From: Candidatus Omnitrophota bacterium
GTDB taxonomy: Bacteria > Omnitrophota > Gorgyraeia > Zapsychrales > JANLHA01
DNA length: 64,000 bases
Assembly: GCA_031423615.1 (NCBI GenBank)
Contig: JANPFV010000082.1
Location: 4,208-68,207, forward strand
Reading direction: 5' to 3'
A model generated the notes under the pieces. It made no database searches and was not told the DNA's origin. It saw nothing but the letters and a program-made list of their open reading frames with translations. The number at the start of each line of letters is the position of its first letter. The first letter of the stretch is position 1. Of the stretch, positions 58,705-64,000 are shown piece after piece. A program made the translations under genes and the position numbers.

Positions 58705-58794
58705 CATCAACGCCACAGCCAAACGGCTGTGAGGCGTTGCGCCGTCGCAAAAACTCCGCCATCAACGCCACAGCCAAACGGCTGTGAGGCGTTG
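58705..58794. repeat. Two copies of a 35-bp near-perfect palindrome separated by 20 nt, in the divergent nifS / tRNA-Ala promoter region.
   Basis: CATCAACGCCACAGCCAAACGGCTGTGAGGCGTTG occurs at 58705-58739 and 58760-58794. The second copy's 3' end supplies the TTGACA -35 of the tRNA-Ala promoter, with TATATT -10 at 58815-58820. Confidence 0.55.
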
Positions 58795-58832
58795 ACAAAT
58801 AAAAATCCCAATGCTATATTGGGAAATCTTTT

Positions 58833-58905
<73 letters not shown>

Positions 58906-59047
58906 CTTGTTTCTCTAAGTAGAGCGTCCCGCTTAACACGCGGGAAGAACACGATTTCGACTTTCGTCAGCTTTACTTGTTTCTCTAAGTAGAGCGTCCC
59001 GCTTAACACGCGGGAAGAACACGTTCTCGACTTTCGTCAGCTCCACC
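58906..59047 (+). pseudogene. Two tandem ~70-nt degenerate tRNA-3'-two-thirds-like units (D-arm 3' strand, anticodon arm, T-arm, acceptor 3' strand) directly abutting tRNA-Ala.
   Basis: The units begin CTTGTTTCTCTAA GTAGAGCG TCCCGC-UUAACAC-GCGGGA ... CGTCAGC, matching the tRNA-Ala framework (GTAGAGCG ... CGTCAGCTCCA). They have no 5' acceptor or D-stem partner. Unit 2 ends CAGCTCC-A-CCA. Confidence 0.55.
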
Positions 59048-59104
59048 AAGTTTTTTGTCGAAGACAAAATTTCTCCGAAGGGTCGCTGGTTTAGAATTTT
59101 TATT

Positions 59105-59188
59105 GCTGGAGTGGCGGAACTGGTATACGCGCTAGTCTCAAAAACTAGTCACTTCACGGTGGTGAGGGTTCGATTCCCTCCTCCAGCA
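59105..59188 (+). tRNA. tRNA-Leu (anticodon CAA), type II with a long variable arm.
   Basis: GCUGGAG acceptor, a GUGGCGGAACUGGUAUACGCGC D-arm close to E. coli tRNA-Leu, a CUCAAAA anticodon loop, a long variable arm and a GGGUUCGAUUCCC T-arm. Confidence 0.85.
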
Positions 59189-59220
59189 TTTATTTATCTG
59201 CTTTACCCGTCGGTATTTCA

Positions 59221-60306
59221 TTACTTACTTCCCTTCTCTGGCACACGTTTTGGCACAAAACCCAAGTCTATTGTTGTTACTTTCAGCCCTTGTTTGACCG
59301 CTTCCTTTGAGCTGTGGGCATAATGTTCAAGGATCGTCCGGGTGTCCTTATGGCCCGTTATAGACTTAATAACCTCCGTGTTCCCTGTCTGGTCAAGAAG
59401 GTTAGTAACAACCCGGTGGCGAAAAATATGCGGGGAGATCGGCTTCGTGATACCACATCTTTTAGCGGCCCATTTTACGCGCTCGTAAATTTTATTTCTG
59501 CCCTGCAAATTGCCTCTCCTGCTTGGAAAAACAAGACCTTTGGGATGATACAGTTTTCGTTTTCTTAACTGGTGAAAGTGTTCCGCTAAGATCATGACAT
59601 CCTGCTCTTGAAGATCGTGGGCACGTTCCACACCCGTTTTGGTTTCGCGGATATAGATTTTATTTGCCTCTAAATCGACGTCGCTGACTCGCAAATGCCT
59701 CAACTCGTCTCTGCGCCATCCCCACGTTGCCATCAAATAGACCCAAGGGAAAGTGATGATGTCGTTCTTCTGAAACCACAAAAGGATATTCTTAACCTCA
59801 ACATCTGTGGGAATCTGTACGACCTTCTTCACTTCTTTTAAATATCGTATGTTCTGGATAGGAGACTGATCAAAAATTTTGTCCTTAACAGCTTGGCAGA
59901 AAATTATCCTTAAATTACGAAGGTCACAGTTGATGCCGGCGGCGGAACGAGGCTTAGGCTTCGTCGTTTCTTGAGCATGGATATAATCACGGATCAAATT
60001 CTCGGTTATATCCTTTAAAGATATATCTCCGCAACTGGCTAGAAATCTGCTGAAACTGAGGGCTGTAAATTCACAGCGGATCTTCGTCGAAGGAGTCTTG
60101 TATCTCTTTTCAATGAACATAGCGGCAAAATCTGAAAACTTCAGGTCTTTCCGGGGCGGTTGTGTCCCCTCAACCTCACGACGTGTCGCCTCCTTGCGGG
60201 CGGCGGCTTGCGTATATTTATCAAAAGGTAATGGGTCATAATACCTAACGCCCTTAACACGCCACCAGATTTGCCAGTATCCTTTTCTTTTACGAACTCC
60301 GGCCAT
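59221..60306 (-). CDS. int: Tyrosine-type site-specific integrase; start re-assigned to MAGVRKRKGYW.
   Basis: C-terminal catalytic HIFRHRVVTNLL ... GHKDTRTILEHYAH (R, HxxR and Y); the stop lies 32 nt from tRNA-Leu. Confidence 0.85.
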   Translation of the reverse strand: MAGVRKRKGYWQIWWRVKGVRYYDPLPFDKYTQAAARKEATRREVEGTQPPRKDLKFSDFAAMFIEKRYKTPSTKIRCEFTALSFSRFLASCGDISLKDITENLIRDYIHAQETTKPKPRSAAGINCDLRNLRIIFCQAVKDKIFDQSPIQNIRYLKEVKKVVQIPTDVEVKNILLWFQKNDIITFPWVYLMATWGWRRDELRHLRVSDVDLEANKIYIRETKTGVERAHDLQEQDVMILAEHFHQLRKRKLYHPKGLVFPSRRGNLQGRNKIYERVKWAAKRCGITKPISPHIFRHRVVTNLLDQTGNTEVIKSITGHKDTRTILEHYAHSSKEAVKQGLKVTTIDLGFVPKRVPEKGSK

Positions 60307-60466
60307 CGCTCTCCTCAGAACAAGCCTTGAGGACTTGTTCAACATCAAAACGTCGGTGCTTCCCTATCCTAAGAGATTTAATTTTACCTTCCCGCACGTA
60401 TCGCATTACACTTGACGCTGGAACTTTTAGAATCTTCGCGATCCCCTCAACATCTGTGATGTGCAT
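60290..60466 (-). CDS. xis: Excisionase/AlpA-family HTH DNA-binding protein (58 aa), not in the ORF track; overlaps the int start.
   Basis: Hand-translated as MHITDVEGIAKILKVPASSVMRYVREGKIKSLRIGKHRRFDVEQVLKACSEESDGRSS; GGAGG Shine-Dalgarno 6 nt upstream. Confidence 0.6.
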   Translation of the reverse strand: MHITDVEGIAKILKVPASSVMRYVREGKIKSLRIGKHRRFDVEQVLKACSEESDGRSS

Positions 60467-60596
60467 TGGCTTCCTCCATAGTTATTTGCTTGTCTCGGCC
60501 ATTCTTTCTTGTCTAACAAGTAAGAATATATCCTAAAGCGTGGCGAATGTCAAGCAACTTTCTTGACTAGAAGGTAAGAAATGCTATGATTGGGTT

Positions 60597-60962
60597 ATGC
60601 GAAAATCGGAATATCCAAAAGAGGCCAAGACTCTCGGCCAAAGAATAAGAAAGAAGAGGATGGATTTAGGCTATACTCTGCTCGAAGTAGCAAAGGCGGC
60701 ACAAATAAGTGAAGGTTATCTTTCGCGGATCGAAGCAGACAAACAGATTCCGAACAGCCTTGTTGCTACCCGTCTTGCAAAAAAACTCGAGGACGATGTC
60801 AATTTTTATTTAATGGCGTCATTAAAAACAGACTTATCGACCGATATATTAAAGGAGATACTCAAGCGAATGGAAAAGTCCCCCTCCACGCCTGAAAGTG
60901 AAGTGCTAAAAACTATATTGGAGCAATTTCTGCCAAAGAAAACTCCCAAAAAACTTAAATAA
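60597..60962 (+). CDS. XRE-family (Cro/CI-type) HTH transcriptional regulator, likely the element repressor.
   Basis: HTH MDLGYTLLEVAKAAQISEGYLSRIEADKQIP; the promoter TTGACT-16 nt-TATGAT ends 6 nt before the ATG, so the mRNA is leaderless-like. Operator inverted repeats GTCAAG-N7-CTTGAC and CTTGT-cta-ACAAG lie upstream. Confidence 0.7.
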   Translation: MRKSEYPKEAKTLGQRIRKKRMDLGYTLLEVAKAAQISEGYLSRIEADKQIPNSLVATRLAKKLEDDVNFYLMASLKTDLSTDILKEILKRMEKSPSTPESEVLKTILEQFLPKKTPKKLK

Positions 60963-60967
60963 AACTA

Positions 60968-61345
60968 TCACCGCATAATACTTTTTTCTGCCAATTGTGC
61001 CGCAATCTTTAAACTTGCCACTTCATCAAATAAATCTTTACCGCTAATCCCTGCATGAGCTAAATTTTTGCTGGTAGGGATATGATCTACGGCTAATCCC
61101 AACTTGAGAGGTTCTTCTACAACAAGCTCAGCAATCTTAAAGATTCTTCCCGGATTATTAGGATCACGACGAGAAATTTCTAATTTGGCTCGTTCCGCCC
61201 AATCAACAGATAAATATTCCTCTTTTTTATTATCCCTAATCCGCAATAAATATGTCCCCTCTGTGCATTTCCCTGTGCGAGAGTCATAATTTACGCTAGA
61301 CACTCTCCGATGGAGATGATTATCATTCGGTATTTTCTCTACCAT
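60968..61345 (-). CDS. Cargo gene A: hypothetical protein of about 125 aa. Its start MVEKIP overlaps the stop of gene B in a TGATG arrangement.
   Basis: ORF translationally coupled to genes B and C; I recognised no domain. Confidence 0.45.
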   Translation of the reverse strand: MVEKIPNDNHLHRRVSSVNYDSRTGKCTEGTYLLRIRDNKKEEYLSVDWAERAKLEISRRDPNNPGRIFKIAELVVEEPLKLGLAVDHIPTSKNLAHAGISGKDLFDEVASLKIAAQLAEKSIMR

Positions 61346-61839
61346 CAATATCGACCCGCCCATTTCTTAAAAATGATCAATAACTCGGGCATAGAGCCAA
61401 CCTTGCTACCCTCCCTGACACCCATTACGGATTCCAAATAAATATAGTGTTCTTCTTTAGCGGTAAACCAGACAAGGAACTCGCTGTTATTCTTATACCA
61501 CTTCAAGAGAATGCCTCCATTAGGCTCAGGGGATACTGAAGGGAGCTTTAAAATTAAATTTTTATCTTCAGCTACTTTAGAAATAAAATAGTGCGCCTTG
61601 GCGATTGCATCGACGGTAATTTTTGTAGCCCCATAAGAATCCCAATCCTCACCCAAATTATTTAAATCAAGGATCTTCGATATAATTTCATGGCGAATGC
61701 GAAGATCTATCGAATTGATTTGGGCTTTAAGAATCTGAATATCTAACTCAGAAATAACTGAATGGGTTCTTCCCGTATTCGATATATCAATTTGATCATA
61801 ACGCATACTCGGGAGATCGTAGCTGATTATACTTTCCAT
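61345..61839 (-). CDS. Cargo gene B: hypothetical 164-aa protein.
   Basis: ORF separated by 1 nt from gene C; I recognised no domain. Confidence 0.45.
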   Translation of the reverse strand: MESIISYDLPSMRYDQIDISNTGRTHSVISELDIQILKAQINSIDLRIRHEIISKILDLNNLGEDWDSYGATKITVDAIAKAHYFISKVAEDKNLILKLPSVSPEPNGGILLKWYKNNSEFLVWFTAKEEHYIYLESVMGVREGSKVGSMPELLIIFKKWAGRY

Positions 61840-61840
61840 A

Positions 61841-62575
61841 CTAGTCCCACCTTGGGTTGAAATATTGATCTATAAAGTCTTTTTTAAATACCGCAAAGAA
61901 TAATTTCTTTTCAAACAAATGCGCCCCCTCGATCAAATCCATCAAACTATTATCCTGTAAATGTAAAGAGAACGCATCTATGTCGACCAAGGATCCAACA
62001 CTTACTTTTTCATTCTCAACTTTTCGGGTATTATTGGACAGCATGATTGTTGCCTGAAAATTCTGATATTCTAAATTTATTCTAAAATCGACCTTTTCTT
62101 CAACAATTGGCATTCCATCCATCGACAAAACAATATTGACTTTGTCTAAAATATTGTAGTCAAAAGTGTTCAAATAACGAATCCCCAACCTCTGATACTG
62201 ACTTACCACACCTGTGGATTTCAGCCGTTCAGCCATATCTCGGACTTTATCTTTTAACGACGCCCAGCCCATATAATTTTTCTGATTCACCAAAGAAATG
62301 ACTCGTCCACCAATCTGCAAAATTAACTGGTCATTTGTTAATTGCTTTAATGGTAAATACCGAAGTTGTGGATCTTGGTCACGAATAGCAGAAGGAAACT
62401 GTGCAAGAGGAAGGTCGTTGCTTTTGGGATAATCCTTACCAAATTCTAAAAATAGCTTATCAACAACGGCTTGATGGGACAACTCGCTTTCAAAACGAAT
62501 TTCTACTATAGCTTCCAGAATAGGAGCTGGATCGAGTTTTGTCGCCACCTTTGTTTTTTCTAAATCGAATATCAT
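61841..62575 (-). CDS. Cargo gene C: 244-aa protein, possibly TIGR04255-family (uncharacterised, sporadically distributed).
   Basis: N-terminal APILEAIVEIRFE pattern recalled as typical of TIGR04255. This is a weak assignment from memory. Confidence 0.4.
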   Translation of the reverse strand: MIFDLEKTKVATKLDPAPILEAIVEIRFESELSHQAVVDKLFLEFGKDYPKSNDLPLAQFPSAIRDQDPQLRYLPLKQLTNDQLILQIGGRVISLVNQKNYMGWASLKDKVRDMAERLKSTGVVSQYQRLGIRYLNTFDYNILDKVNIVLSMDGMPIVEEKVDFRINLEYQNFQATIMLSNNTRKVENEKVSVGSLVDIDAFSLHLQDNSLMDLIEGAHLFEKKLFFAVFKKDFIDQYFNPRWD

Positions 62576-62782
62576 AAATTTTATGTTTGAATTATACCAT
62601 TCTGCATATTGCTACACAATCATACACTAGCTTTTGTTTTTTACAAAATGAAACCCGACGCAACATTCTCTTTGAGTTGAATAAACGAACGTATTTGCAA
62701 CAGGCGGGAAAGTGCTTATTATGTGCGGAGATTTTTATACCCTTTATTCAACACGATATATTTTCATAAATGTCTTCTTAAA

Positions 62783-64000
62783 TCATCCAGCTGAACTTGC
62801 CGCTAATTCGGGCTCTCGGGCTGGCTCCTTAGGTGCTTGCCCTAAAAAAATAGGCAATGTCTGTGCGTTAACTGGCACAATATTGATGATGATGGGAAAT
62901 AGTCCTTGAATATTGATCTGCTCTAAATTCTGTTGCGGCAATGGCAACGGCACACCTTTACCATCGCGCTTGATTTGCAAATTCATATTCGTCGGGTCAA
63001 AGTCGATACCGCCGACGGCTGCAGATGAAGAAGTAGCTGCCCCACTAGCTTCTCCACTTATCGGCGCTGAGGCGGCCTTCCCATTATTGACCCCACTCGA
63101 GGCGGCGGCATTCGGAAAGAATATCCGCACAATAAGTCGCGGGTCGACCCTATATTTCGAACCAATTGCGCCGTAATCACCAAATCTGCCAATTTTCTCG
63201 GCGGTGATACCGCTAACGCTCATGAGACTACGGCCATTTTCGTCGACTAAATCACCAGAAAGATTAGTAAGCAATTTCGGATCAAATGCCGACTGATCCC
63301 GAGTACTTCTATGCGTTGTAAAAAAAAGCCCTACCCTTCCACCTAAAAAATACTCTGGGAACTTTAAAGCCAAAGCCAATTGTTGGTGGGTTAAACCGAC
63401 CGACCGCACATATTCATCGTCGGCTATCATTTGCTCTCTTTCCTCAGGGTAGACTATTTGTCCGTTTATCGACACTAACGATTCGAGTTGTCCGGGTTCC
63501 CAGACAGTCTGCGCAGGGGCAGCTTCATATAATCCTAATTCCAAACCGATTGATCCACGCAAAGGTATGTTGCCTGCACTAAAGTTTTGGTCATTAGGGA
63601 GTTCTTGCGTGTACGTTTCTTTAAAAGCCGGGTTCAAATTTAAAATATGCGGTATTCCGCCTGCCTTAGTTAATATATACATTTTTCCATTTTCGGCGCG
63701 AGGTTGACTTGTAAAAGCAATGACATCGTCCAGAAGAATATCAAAAACATTGGGTTCTTCACCATCTTTTCCAGCTTCAACATGTATTGCATTGTTTCTT
63801 ATTTCCAAGACCCTTATATCGGTCATAAAGCGGGGTAATTCTTTCAGCCGTTCTAATGTCGCTTCAGCCTGCTCAACAGTGAGCGATGGTCTTTGCATTA
63901 AAGATTCTGCTGAAACGGCAGAAACGTACTGGACAGGTCCTTTTGTATAATCGCCCTTTGGTGCCGGAGTAACCACTCCTGATACCTGAAATACCGGCGG
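62783..64000 (-). CDS. Cargo gene D: large hypothetical protein of at least 405 aa, 5'-partial (the reading frame stays open to the window edge), with a low-complexity Ala/Ser/Gly-rich C-terminal region.
   Basis: No in-frame stop between the track's GTG start at 63976 and position 64000. Separated from gene C by a 207-nt AT-rich spacer. Confidence 0.45.
   Translation of the reverse strand, partial: PPVFQVSGVVTPAPKGDYTKGPVQYVSAVSAESLMQRPSLTVEQAEATLERLKELPRFMTDIRVLEIRNNAIHVEAGKDGEEPNVFDILLDDVIAFTSQPRAENGKMYILTKAGGIPHILNLNPAFKETYTQELPNDQNFSAGNIPLRGSIGLELGLYEAAPAQTVWEPGQLESLVSINGQIVYPEEREQMIADDEYVRSVGLTHQQLALALKFPEYFLGGRVGLFFTTHRSTRDQSAFDPKLLTNLSGDLVDENGRSLMSVSGITAEKIGRFGDYGAIGSKYRVDPRLIVRIFFPNAAASSGVNNGKAASAPISGEASGAATSSSAAVGGIDFDPTNMNLQIKRDGKGVPLPLPQQNLEQINIQGLFPIIINIVPVNAQTLPIFLGQAPKEPAREPELAASSAG

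Larger units (their letters stand above)
59189..64000. mobile_element. Integrative element inserted at the 3' end of tRNA-Leu(CAA): integrase, excisionase, XRE repressor and unknown cargo. The right end and attR lie beyond the window.
   Basis: tRNA-adjacent int-xis pair; a divergent, operator-flanked HTH repressor gene; cargo genes with no housekeeping homologs. Confidence 0.6.

Noticed and set aside
58705-58794. CRISPR array interpretation of the repeated 35-bp palindromes.
   Set aside because: There are only two copies, the spacer is only 20 nt, there is no leader, and there are no cas genes in the window. An operator or structured element is more likely.
60327-60536. Plus-strand track ORF 60327-60536 in the int-XRE spacer.
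   Set aside because: It overlaps the better-supported minus-strand excisionase gene, which has a Shine-Dalgarno, an HTH and an overlap with int. It has no features of its own.

Overview
This 64 kb bacterial chromosomal window is almost entirely coding, and nearly all of it is on the minus strand. Fine-scale coordinates for features smaller than a gene (operators, hairpins, repeats, re-assigned starts) were counted by hand and can be off by 1-2 nt. The ORF track appears to print TTG and GTG starts as M.

Most of the window is housekeeping operons:
- a partial GAF-like membrane sensor gene, an ABC ATPase, and a galactofuranose envelope cluster (glf, a GT2 and a GT-C-like membrane protein)
- accD and a DUF1015 gene
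- a 9 kb heat-shock supercluster: hspR, hsp20, clpB, a hypothetical gene, hrcA-grpE-dnaK-dnaJ and fmdB. It carries both a near-consensus CIRCE element and an HspR repressor gene.
- hflX, miaA, a TPR/SPOR protein, a cystathionine gamma-synthase family gene, ygfZ, an SDR, a NUDIX gene and cca
- nrdR-glyA-rpiB followed by a TsaC/LMW-PTP fusion gene
- a complete purine operon (purE, purD, purM, purQ, a LOG-family gene, a purS-purL fusion, purC, purB)
- a polyprenyl synthase, a GT39/TPR membrane protein, hemW, a YfhO-family protein, tatA, tatC, pgi and mnmA
- a biotin cluster (a nifS-like desulfurase, birA, bioF, a bioH-like hydrolase, bioC and a bioD-bioA fusion). I saw no bioB in the window.

The non-routine material is concentrated at the right end. 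tRNA-Ala is followed by two tandem degenerate copies of the 3' two-thirds of a tRNA. tRNA-Leu(CAA) comes next and is immediately followed by an integrative element: a tyrosine integrase, an excisionase, a divergent XRE repressor, and a four-gene cargo of unknown function (one gene is TIGR04255-like). The element continues past the window edge. The cargo is the best candidate here for an undescribed accessory or defence system.

Other findings:
- a GC-rich MITE-like repeat with terminal inverted repeats, present in three copies. One copy is fused into the 3' end of the bioH-like gene.
- a free-standing 16-codon lysine-rich small ORF with its own promoter, Shine-Dalgarno site and terminator
- two 35-bp palindromes in the divergent nifS / tRNA-Ala promoter region
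- a BirA-operator-like inverted repeat over the nifS promoter
- an unannotated tatA and a structured 146-nt spacer inside the pur operon
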